Of a DNA stretch of 64,000 bases, positions 24,601 through 36,600 are shown piece by piece; within the stretch, counting starts at the first letter, position 1; every line of letters begins with the position of its first letter. The notes beneath the pieces are model-generated. The model worked only from the letters and a program-made list of their open reading frames with translations, had not been told where the DNA came from and ran no database searches. The translations under genes and the position numbers were made by a program. The stretch lies in NCBI RefSeq assembly GCF_000142905.1, contig NW_013657658.1, forward strand, positions 392,872-456,871, given 5' to 3'. Origin of the DNA: Thecamonas trahens ATCC 50062. Taxonomy: Eukaryota; Protista; Apusomonadida.

Positions 24601-27600
24601 CGACCGAGTCGTGGGCGGCGATGCCGCCGCCGACGCCGGCCGCAGTGCAGCTGTCGACCAGAACCCGAGTAAGGAGGTTGTCGCTCGACGGAAGCGTGTA
24701 TGCGAGGCCGCCACCAGCCTTTGCGGCAGAGCAGGCGACAAAGGTCGAGCGCTCAAAGACCGAGCTTGCGTTGGTGGCCCACACGCCGCCACCGTCACCG
24801 TTGCTGGCGACAGAGAGCGAGACGTTGAGGCCGAGCGCGCGCACACTGCCGGAGACGATGCTGAGGCCACCACCGTTACTGGCAGGCCCAGCAGCAGTGC
24901 AAGCAGCGATCGATGACGAGACGAGGTCGAGCTCGCCACCTGCGCCAACGCCGATGCCTCCACCATGGCCGGTAAGCGCGACTGAAGTGATTACCCGTAG
25001 CTGGGTCGCGACTGCTGATGCAGCCGGCATGACGTACCCGCCACCACCATGGCGGGCGGCGGTCGAGTCGCTAACAAGCGTGTCGAGCAGGTTGACGGCG
25101 GCAACGGCCGAGGCGACAAATCCACCCCCATCGCGGCCAGCTGAGCAACGCGTCAGCTGCGAGGAGTCAAGCCAGAGGCCAGCTTGCGAAGCGCTGGAGA
25201 CGCAACCGCCGTCGAGGCCCGCGAGCCCGGCGTCAATGATCGAGTGGGTGACAGTGACGTTACCGACAGGCGCAACGTGAACCGCACCGCCATAGCTCGA
25301 CGCGGTATGGTTGGAGAGGAGACAGGTGATGAGATGCAGATTGCCGCCGTGTGCGACGTACACGCCACCACCCGAGCTCGCCGCAGTATCCAGCGCCATG
25401 GCGACGTCGGTAAAGACAGCGCGGGCGCCGGCACCGTGCGCGCTGGCGCCACCGCCATCACCTGCGCAAGCGTTCGAGTCAAAGACCGAGTCTGAGACAA
25501 GCGCGTCGCAGGTAGCGTTTGCCGCAGCCCAGACCGCAAGGCCTGCGCCGCGGCGGACAGCTTGGTTGGCGATCAGCCGCGAGGTGGCGACAGACAGGCG
25601 CGCCACCGACGACAGGCCGTCACCGCTGACAAGCATACCGCCACCGTCGCGACCTGCGATACAGCTGGTGACGTTGGTAGCGGTGACGACCACGTCGGCG
25701 CCCGCACCGACGCCGATGCCACCGGCATCCTGGGCGGCGGTGCAGGTGTCGACGAGGGTGTCGTTGACAACGAGCTTAGCGGCCGGACCGCTGGCCCAGA
25801 GAGCACCGCCGTCGCCAGCGGAGCATCCGCGGAGAACAGCAGCAACGAGGGTGAGACTTCCGTTCTCGACGCGGCCACAGCCACCGGCCCCAGAGCCGAC
25901 GACTGACGCATCGACGAGCGATGACCGCTGGACAAGACCGCTTCCACCTCCACGAACGTAGAGGCTCCCGCCCGTGACGAGCGCAACATCGGCGAGGGCG
26001 GTGACATCGGTCAAGGTAAAGACACCATCGTAGTCAGCCGAGACACCGCCACCATAGCTAGCGGTGTTGCTCGTCAGTTGCACAGCTTTGAGGAAGAGCG
26101 AGGCTGAGAGGCCGTGGGCAGCGGCAGCGCCGCCGTCGTTGCTCGCGGAGCAACCACGGATGTGGGCATTGGATACGAAAAGTGTGGCACCAAGGGCAGC
26201 GACGCCGCCTCCGGAACCACCGGCGGTACAGTTGACGAGCTCGGTCGCAGCCGAGAGAGTGACAGCCGAGCCTGCAACAGCAGCAAGGCCACCGCCCGAG
26301 TCGGCAGCGACGCAGCGGACAAGGTCCGAGTCGGCGAGATCGGCCACGCCGGCATCAGCAATCCAGCCACCACCGCCACTTCCGGATGCAAGGCAGTCCG
26401 AAGCGACGAGGCGGAGCCCATCCAGGCGGCCTGCGGTACCAACCCAGAAGCCGCCACCGGCACTTGACGCCAAACACTCCGATAGAGTCGAGTCAGAGGC
26501 CGAGACGTTGGCCGCGGCGAGACCGATGCACCCGCCGTTGACGGCGCGCGAGGTGACGATGGATGTCGCGGAAGTGAGCGCGACTCGACCGCCGTCGCCG
26601 GCACCAAGACCGCCACCGTAACCGGCAGCGACGTTGTTCTCGAGCAGCGCCGCGTCGAGGATTGGCTGAACACCCGAGGCGGCGTCCTCGATCCAGACGC
26701 CACCACCATGCAAAGTAGCGGCACAGGATGAGACGTTGGCGCGGACGATGACGGCGCGCGAGTGAGACCAAGCCATGCCGCCGCCGAGTGCCGCCGAGCT
26801 GGAGACAACGGTGACGTCGGTCCAGGCCGAGGACGTCTCGCGGAGGCCAAAGAGACCGCCTCCGCGAGCGGCTGCGTCGCAGTGCGAGACAAACAGGTCC
26901 AAGGCAGTGACGTGGGCGTCAACGACAGCGATGCCGCCGCCATCGGTGCTCGCGACACACGAGAGGACCTGGCTGCTGGTAAGCGTCGCATTGGCAGCCG
27001 ACGCCAGGTACAGACCACCGCCAGTGGCGGCAGCCGAGCAGTCGTTGGCCTGAGAGGCCGAGAAAACGAGGACCGAGCCGTTGACCGCAGCCAATGCACC
27101 GCCATTGTGCGCCGCAGAGCAGTTGCGGACGGTGATTTGCGAGATGTACGCCGAGGCGCAACCATCGAGACCGACGCCGCCGCCCGAGCCAGCCGCGACC
27201 GAGTCGGCGACGACCGCCCCGGCGGCAACGAGCACACCCGAGTCGGAGCAGGCCAGCGAGCCGCCAAAGGAGGCGCGGCCGACCAGGAGCGACGCACCAA
27301 GGAGATCAAGGCGCGAGCCAGCGTCGGTGACAGCGACGTTGCCGCCAATGTCAGCCTCGTTGTCGGAGAGGACGACCGAGGCGTGTAGGACAGCGACGGC
27401 ACCGGCGGCGACACTAACGCCACCCCCGGAGCTTCCGCGACCAACGTTGTTGGCGCGGATGAGCGTGTTGTCGGCCTCGACCAGCGAGCTGGTGTCGGCG
27501 ACACGGATGCCGTGGGCGGCATTGGCGAGGACCTGAGCGCCTTCGTCGAGGCGGAGACTCGCCCCAGCCTCGACGAGCACACCAGACTCGTGGTTGGACG

Positions 27601-30600
27601 AGACGACGGTGGCATTGAGGATGGCGGTCGTCACCGGGCCGACAATCCGGATACCGGCAAGCGCATTATCGGTCACCACGGTGGCGGCGGTGGACGTCAG
27701 GCGCGCGCCGCCGCTGACATGCACGCCCTCGGCGGCGGAGCGTGCGACCGAGCCGCGAACTAAGGAGGCAGCAGCGGTATCAGCAACGCACACACCGCGT
27801 TCGGCCGCGTCGAGCACATCGAGATCGGCAAAGTCCAGACTGCCCGAGCCACCCAGCCAGACAGCACAGCTGCCGTTGTTCCGGACAACTGTGGTCCGGT
27901 CAAGGTTGCACGAGCCGGCATCTGCGCAGAGCAGACCACCGGCGGTAATGTAGCCGATGCCGTCGTCAAGCTCCAGGGCGCTGCCAACAAGGAGACCGCG
28001 GCTGGTGGCGGCGACGCCACCGCCGCGCGGGGCGGCACAGCGCGAAAAGCGCGAAGCATGGAGCTCCAGCCGCGATCCGGCTCCCGAGACCGCGGCACCG
28101 CCTCCCGCACCAGCGCCGGAAACGGTGTTGTGGACAAAGCTGGCGTTGGTGGCAAGGGCAAGGCCGCCGGCACCGACGCCGAGGCCAGCACCGAACACAT
28201 CAGACGACGAGGCCGATGCGGAGCTCACAAGCACGTTACCCACCACTGTGCAATGGGTCATGTTGGCGCTTGCAGCCGATGAGTTGACACCGACGCCGGC
28301 ACCGAAAGCAGTGGCGACGCCGAGGATGTCGGCGGCGATGATGTTGTCGGCGACGGTGACGCCGCTCAGCTCAAGGGCACCGGCGACAATGCCGATGCCC
28401 GCGCCGTAGGCGGCCGGAGGCGCGCCAGCGCACGGCAGGCCGTTTGCATCGCCGATCCACGAGCCACGCCATGCGCCGCCATAGGCGGCCAGGCTGCCAT
28501 CGACGACGCCCGAACCGCCGCCCCACTCGCAGGCGGCAGACTCGGAAATGGTTGCGCCGTAGAGGTCGACGCGAGTGGCAGACGACGAGACGCCGATGCC
28601 ACCACCAAACGAGGCTGCGGTGCAGTGAGAGAGCTCCACGCCGACAGCGAGGACATGGCAGCCGTCATCGACGGCCAGACCACCACCAAAGCTTGCGTCG
28701 GCGACTGAGTGGAGGACTCGGGTGAGCCGGAGCTGAAGAGTGGTGCCTGGCGCGGCACAGCCGATACCGCCACCGTGGGCGGCAGTACATGCGTGGACGA
28801 CACCAGAAGAAGTGCCGATGGCGGCGGTAGCGGAAGCGTAGAGGCCACCTCCGCGGCCGACTGGGCCGAGCAGAACGAGATGTTCGAGGCGGCGGTCATG
28901 TTGAGGACGGCGCCGGCGCCAGCGGCGTAGAGACCGCCCCCGTTGCCGACACTTGCCGAGCAGCGTGTGACAGCGACCGAGTCGAGCTCGACCAACGAGT
29001 TGTTGAGAGCGGCAAAGCCGCCACCGCCAGCAGCGGTGGCCACACAGTCCGAGATGAGCGAGTCGAGCGCCAAGACGCGGCCGCCCGAGGTGGCGACTGC
29101 ACCACCGCCGGTCTCGGCCACACACTCGGTGAGTGAACTGCCGCGTATCTCGAGGATGCCGCCTGCTTCGGCGGCGACGCATCCGCCCAGCGGTGCCGTC
29201 GTGCGCGAGACGGCCAGGCCATCGACGACGACCGACGATCCAGTCGAGGCCACCAGGCCGCCACCCACAATGACAGCGGTCGCATCGGCACAAGTCGAGT
29301 CGGCGAGGACAATCGACGAGGCGCCGTAGCCAAAGCCGGCGCATCCTCCCGACGCCGCCGATCCGCGAAGAAGTTGCGAGCGGGTGACCGAAACAGCGGC
29401 AAAGCTGCCGTAGAGGCAGCCGCCGAGACCGCCGCGGGCGTGGTTGTCCTCGCAACGTGAGTTGACCATAATTAGGGTTGCCGGAGTGCCAGCCGAGCCG
29501 ACAGCAGCAAGACCGCCACCGCCGCGCCCGGCGGCGAGCGTCTCGCTCACGTTGTTGCGGGCGATGATGGCGGACGAGAGACTGAGCGTACCGCCAGGCC
29601 CCACAGCCGCGCCGCCGCCGGTGGAGGAAGCAACGCACATGGCAATGGTAGAGTTGCCCGTGACGTTAAAGGAGCAACCTGACGCACACCAGCTCCCACC
29701 ACCAGAGACGCCAGCGACGCAGTTGGTGACGAGCGAGCTGTCCGAGAGCACGACGGTGGCATCGGTCTCGGCGCCGATTCCGCCTCCGACTGTAGTGGCG
29801 TTACAGTCTGCAAGGCGCGAGGCTGCCAGCGTGAGGGAGGCGCCACCTTCGACCCAGCCGGCAGCACCCGCGTCGGCGCGTGCATTGGTGAGCGCGAGGC
29901 CAGTCGCCGACGCCGCCGCCGCGGTCCCGATGTAGAGGCCGCCGCCGCGGGCAGCAGCGTCACATCCGGTGACAGTGCCGTTGGCGAGCAGGAGCGAAGC
30001 GCCTTGCTCCGCACAACCACAGCCGCCCATGGCGGCTGCGGCAGACGCGACGACAAAGCCGTCGGCAAACTCGAGCCGGCCTGCGCGGGAGACGGCAAAT
30101 GCACCGCCGCAGCCGGAAGCGACCGATGAGATGATGCGGCCGCCCGAAACGACAGCGAGGCCGTCAACACCATCGACCAAGAGCCCTGCACCAGTCGTTG
30201 CCGAGTTGTTGCGGGCAAGGACGGAGGTCCAGCGGAGGGTTCCGTTGGCGGCGAGGCCGCAGCCAGCGACAACGTTCAACTCACAGACCGAGTCAAGCGC
30301 AACGAGCTCCCCAGCATCGACTGCGGCGAGAGCGCGGCCACCGGAGCGAGAGACAGTCGAGAGCGTCAGCTGGATGCGCGCGCCAACACCAACAGCCTGC
30401 GCGCCACCGGCAGTGTTGGCGTCGACAAGCGATGCGTTGACCAGAATGCTGCCGTTGACGGCAGAGACGAGACCCCACCCGCCGGAGCGGGCCACCAAAG
30501 TGGAGCTCTGGAGGTGGGCCACGCCACCGGAGCGAACCAAGATGCCACTGTCGACGTTGTCGGTGATGGCAGCGGCGAGGCCGAGCCAGACCGCGTCGAC

Positions 30601-33600
30601 ACCGTCAACCTGGACGCCAATGCCGTTGCGGGCGATGGTGGCGTTGTGGACCTGGGCGAGGCCGCCAGCCGCGAGCCGAACGCCGGCAAGAGTTTGGTTC
30701 TCGACCCGGGTGCTCGCGTCAGCGATGTACACGAGACCGCCCGTGGCGGCGACCAAGCCGGAGCCGGAGGCGCCAGCAACGACGGCGCCATCGAGGAGGT
30801 CGATGCGGCCACCGGTCTCGGCGTAGCCAGCGTCGCCATCGCCATCACGAAGCGCGGTGCCAACATGGTGGACTATGATACGGCCGCCGTCGACAGCGTG
30901 GACAGCTACGCCACCGCGGCCGCGCTCAACAACGGTTGCGTTCTCGAGGCGAGCGATGGAGCCTGCGCCCGAGACCAGCACACCGTCACCGCCGTCGGTG
31001 GCAGTAATGTGCGCGCCGGCGGCGACGGCGAGGCCACCGTCCGAGACGGCAATGGCCGAGCCTTGCGAACCGGTGAGGGCGACGTCGGCAGCGAGGACGA
31101 CGACGGCGCGTGAGCCGACGACGGTGAGCGCGGCGCCGGTGTTTGAAGTGACGTTGGCGAGGGTGACGTTGCGGAGCTGGAGTGAGCCGTTGGCGACGAC
31201 GAGTCCGGCCGGCGAGCCGGTAAGGGTGCCGCGCTCCAGGACGGCATCGACGCCGCTGCCGATCCAGACGCTCGAGTGCTGGGCGGTAAAGTCGACCATG
31301 GTGGCATTGAGGACGCCGTCAGCGACGCCGACACCGCCACCGGTACCCGCGCCAGCGGAGCACGAGGTAAAGGTGACGTCTGCGACAGAGAGCTGGCCAG
31401 CGCTGCCGACCCAGACGGCGCCACCGCCTGTGGTGGCGGAGCACGAATCAAAGACGACGTTGTCGAGATGCGGCGCGCCGTCACTGATAAGGATGGCACC
31501 GCCGTAGTCGACAGACGGCCCACCGCAGTTGCGGTAGGTAAAGCCACTGATCCTGATGGTGGCCTCGCCGTTCTCAAAGGTGAGCGCACGGCCGGCGAGG
31601 CCGCAGTCGATGATGGTGTTTGCGGGCGAGCCGACGGCCTCTAGGTCGAAGGCCTTGCCGCCAAAGCTGAGGCCGCGGTTGAGCGGGCCGGTGTAAGTGC
31701 CGGGGCGGACGAGGACGCGCGAGCCAAAGCAGGTCACACCCTGGATGCCGCAGTGGAGCGACTTGCACTCACCGACGCACTGGCAGTCGATGCCGTCGTC
31801 ACCGTTGACGTCGTCGACGACGATGTCGCTCAGGCAGGTGAGGTCACCGTCGATGCCGCAGAGCGCACAGCGGTTCGGCGGCGAGTTGCCCGAGTACACG
31901 TTGCCCGAGCCCAAGACGGTGCCGAAGCGGTTGCAGTAGATGGCACCACCGAGGGCACCGGCAGTGTTGTCATGGATGGAGGTGTTGGAGATGCTGAGGG
32001 TGGCAAACTCAAAGAGGTAGAGGCCACCGCCCGAGATGCCGGTGTAGCCGCCGGCGATCTCGGCAAAGTCAACTAGGACCTGACCGTAGTTGACTGCGTA
32101 CCCGTTTCCACCGTAGACCAGCGCCGAGTTATAACGGAGGACCGAGGATGCATTAAAGGCGACGATGCCGCCAGCCGAGCCGTTGACGGCAAAGCCGCCA
32201 CCGACGGTGGCGTGGTTGAGCTCGACGATGCCGCCAGCGACGACATCGACGCGCCCGCTGTCAGAGACAGCGACACCGCCGCCGATGGTGGCATTGTTGC
32301 CGGCGAGTCTTGTCTCGCCCACTACCAGAAGCGAGCCCGCGCCGGTGACCGAAGCGGCACCGCCCGAGCCGCCTGGAGCAAGACTCTGCAGGATTTCAGA
32401 GCCGGACGCCAGCTCGACGACGGCGCCGCCGCGGACGGCGATGCCGCCGCCGTCGCCGCCGGCGCTGACGACGCAGCTGGCCAGCGCCACGTCTTGGAGC
32501 CGCACGCTTGTGGCGGCCCCCGTGACGTAGACGCATCCGCCTGCTGCAGTGGCAACCGAGCTGGTGATGTTGACGCCGGCAATGAACGAGCCCTCGAGGC
32601 CGTCTATCCAGAGCGCACCACCGGCCGACGCCGAGGTGTCGCGGATGGCGAGGTCGACGAGCGAAACGTTCACCCGCTCACCGAGGGCGAGGGCGCCACC
32701 AACAGAACCAGCTGAGCAGCGGGAGACGACGACCGAGTTGATCGAGACCGCCGGGCTGGGGTCTGCGGCTGAGCCCGGGGCGGCGTACACGGCGCCGCCG
32801 TCGCCGGAGGTGGTGCAGTCTTCGACGACAACGTTGGCGAGGACCGGGCCCGAGGTTGGGCCGATCCAGAACGCACCGCCGTCGCCGGTCACATCGGCGC
32901 CGCGGACGGTGAGGGCGGCTACGATGACGTCGCGGCCGACGCCAGTCAGGTTGAACGCGCGGTGGCCAGACGCGACCGAGAGGTCGAGGACGACGCCGGC
33001 GGCGTTCTCTGAGTGGGAGACGATGCGCATCGGCTTGCCGTCCGGCACAAACAGGTCGCGGTTGCCGTCACCGGTGTAGACGCCGTCGCGGATGCGGACC
33101 TCGAGGCCAGGCGCGACCAGGTTGAGCGCGCACTGGATGGTGCGGCAGTCGCCCAGACACTTACAGTCTTCGCCGTCGTTGCCGTACACGTTGTCAACGT
33201 AGACACGGTCCTGCGAGAACACACATGGCGAGTCGCCAGACTCGGAGACACACCCAGAGCACACGGCGTCGCCGCCCAAGTTGCCGGTGTGAACGATGGA
33301 GGCTGTGGTGAGGTACGACTGCCAGCAGAAGATGCCGCCGCCCTCGAGCGCCGCCGAGTTGTGTGAGAAGCTGGAAGCGGTGAGGGTGAGAGTGGCGAGG
33401 TGGATGTGGATGCCACCACCAAAGTAGGCGGCTGCGGTGTTGTTGTCGAACGAGATGCCCGAGGCGCCGAGCGAGACGTCATCGCGGATGTACCAGCCAC
33501 CGCCAGACTCGGCTGAGTTGTGGGCAAAGTGTGAGTCGGCCACGTAGCCGGTGCTCCCGTTGTAGAAAGCGAGGCCACCGCCGACTGATGCCGCGTTGCG

Positions 33601-36600
33601 CGACACGTTGACCGACGTGGCAATGACGGTTGCGTTGTCAAAGAGCGCACCGCCGCCAGCAAGCACGTTGCCGGGGTTGAGCTCGCGACGAGTCGGCTCG
33701 AGCGCAAAGGAGTTGGTAGAACCCGAGCCGCCGTCGTTGCCGACAAGGGTGACGGCGTCGAGCGTGACGGCACCGGCGTTCTGGCCGCCGAATGCCCACA
33801 CCCCGCCACCACCAGCGCCGCCGATGCAGTCGACGACGAGCGTCGTGTTGAGCGTCGCGCCCGCCGCCGACTCGATGCCAATGCCGCCGCCGCGTCCTGT
33901 CGCGACGCAGGCGACGACGGAGACAGCGTCGGTGGCAAGGAGCGCACCAGGGCCGACCCACAGACCACCGCCGTCGCCAGCAGTGGCCGAGCAGCTATTA
34001 ACAACAGAGTCTGCGCCCAACGAGAGCAGCGAGGCGCTACCGCTACTGGCCAAACCGCCACCGGAGCTGGCGCTGCACGAGGTGACGTGCAGCCCGAGGC
34101 CATCAAGCCGTGCGCCGTCGCCGACAAAGGCACAGCCACCTGAACCGGATGCGGTAGCGCCTGAGGCAAGGTGCGCGTCGACGAGCGTGAGCAGAGAAGC
34201 ACTGCCCGAGACACTGACGACGCCACCGGCTCCGCCTGCGCTTGCCAGCGTACCGTTGAGCCGAGTAGCTGAAACAGTGGCGTTGACGACAGCGAGTGCG
34301 CCGCCGTACGCGGTTGCCGAGCAGTTGAAGAGCGAGACGTCCGTAAAAACGACCGAGCCCGGAGCGGCAACGTGCGAGACCAGGATAGCACCACCCGAGC
34401 CGATGACATGCGCGTTGGAGAACGCAACCGAGTCGAGGGTGGCGTAGCCAGCGTCGACGACGAGGCCACCACGAGCAACGGTGATCTGGGTGAGGAGGAG
34501 CGAGCCATGCGCGAGGGCAGCAAAGGCGCGGCCGCCCATGTCGGTGACTACCACATCGCAGGAATGGGCGTCAACGACCGAATCGGTTCCAACAACCGCC
34601 ACGGCTCCCTCGGAGCCGGCGGGGTTTGCAATGACGACATCGACAAGCTCGAGTCGACCAGCGTCAATGGCGAGCAGAGCATGCCCCGGATCGCTTGCGG
34701 AGCAGGCCACGACGCGTGTACCGACAAGGCGGAGAACCGAGGCCGACCCGCCAACGGCAGCGGCGCCGCCGCCACCACCACTGGTAGCAGTGCTCGACTC
34801 GATGGCACCGCCAATGAGAATCAGCGGCGCCGGCGTCACACCTAGTGATGCCCACACACCGCCGCCAAAGAGCGCGGAGCAGCTGGTGGCGGTGAGGTCA
34901 GTGATGTTGGTGGCCGAGCCGGCGAGGGCGCCTCCACGGACCGCGACAGAGCCGGAGACGTCGAGGGCTGCGATGGAGCCGGCGTAGCCGTCGAGGATGA
35001 CGACGCCGCCACCCGAGTCTGCGGCGGTGGTGTTGACAAGAGTGGTGTTGACGAGCGCACCGGATGTATCTGCGAGCGCGATGCCGCCCCCGTGGCGGCC
35101 GGCCGACGACGCGACGACGACGAGAGCGTCGACATTTGCCGCAGCTGCGCCTCCAAGCCACATGCCGCCGCCATCGCCTGCGGTGGCGGTCGAGGATGCG
35201 ATGCTGAGACCGGTGACGTTAAAGGCGCCACCCGAGGCCCACACACCGCCGCCGTTGCCGGCAGCAGTACAGTGGGAGATGGTGGCTCCCGACGAGATGA
35301 CAGAGGAGATGGAGACGGTGGCAAGCAGCGCAATGCCACCACCGTTTGTGGAAGCAGAGCAGCCGGTGATGGCCACACCCGAGCCCAGGTCAAAGTCGAG
35401 GAGGCCTTCCAGGCTCACGCCGCCACCGTAGGAGGCGGTCGATTCAGAGATGGTGACGTCGTTAGCAGAGCCGCGAGCGCCGGCAGCGATGGCGAGACCA
35501 CCGCCGCTACCGGCAGCGGCGGCTCCACCACGGATAGCAGCGCCCGAGGTGAGGATGATCGATCCAGCGGCCCAGATGCCGCCGCCATTGCCGGCGGCAA
35601 CGCAAGACGGGCCGACAACAGCACCGTCGCGGAGAGTGGCCGAGCCGGAAGCGGAGATGGCGATGCAGCCGCCATGGCCAGCCGAGGCCGACCACGAGAT
35701 GTTGGCCCCGTGGGCGAGGTCAACGAGCGCGTTGTCGATCCATATCCCGCCGCCGTCACTTGCGGCATCACCCGAGACAAGCACCGAGCCATTGAGCAAG
35801 GCGTATCCACCCGAGGTGACGGCGAGAGCGCCACCGAGACCGTCACTCACACAGCCACGAAGCGTAGCCGAGGTGAGGAGCAGCGTCGAGCTTTCGCCAT
35901 CGACGAGGACGCAGCCGCCGGCGCTGGACGCGCCGCGGGCGCGGCCGTCGAGCAGCGACGAGCCGCCGGAGACAGTGGCGGCAGCGCCAGCACGCACAGC
36001 AAGACAGGCGCCGGCGGCCTCGCCGCCCTGAACGACCGAGGCGTGAAGGACCACGGTGGCGGACGGACCGTAAGCGAGGATGCCTGCACCGTACGCGACC
36101 GGACCGTTGTTCACGATGTACGCACCGCGGACGTCGGCGGAGCCGTTGACGGCGATGCCCGAGCCGGCGTTGGCCTCGAGGCGGCCGCCGGTCATGATGA
36201 GCGAGGCGTTGATGGCGACCTCGATGCCATGGAGAGCCGAGCCAGCAATGTAGCCACCAGCGGCGACAGTGACGGTTGCGCCTGGGTTAATGACGAGCCC
36301 GCTAGAGGTAGAGCGGATGAGCGCACCTGCAATGGTGGCATTGGCCGACTCGCCGAGCCAGAGGTTGGTGTGAGCCGAGTCGGCGACCTCGCCGCCATTC
36401 CCCAGGACGACAATCGACGCGTTCTCGCCGCGGATGCCGTAGCGCGCCGAGAAGAGAACGCGGCCGCCGGCGGCGACGGTTGCATCGGCACAGCCGTCGG
36501 CGACGAGGCCGTCACGGCCCGAGTCGACAACAGCCGCCGAGCCGCGGACGGCGACGGCGGCGGCAGAGTAGCAGACGATGCCGTCACTACCGCTGGCTGT

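Noticed and set aside
28866-29638. Arg-rich N-terminus of the 3983-aa ORF and the Ser/Pro-rich C-terminal tails of other giant-gene ORFs as real protein
   Set aside because: These are out-of-frame read-through on either side of the frameshift points; the true frame there belongs to the neighbouring ORF.
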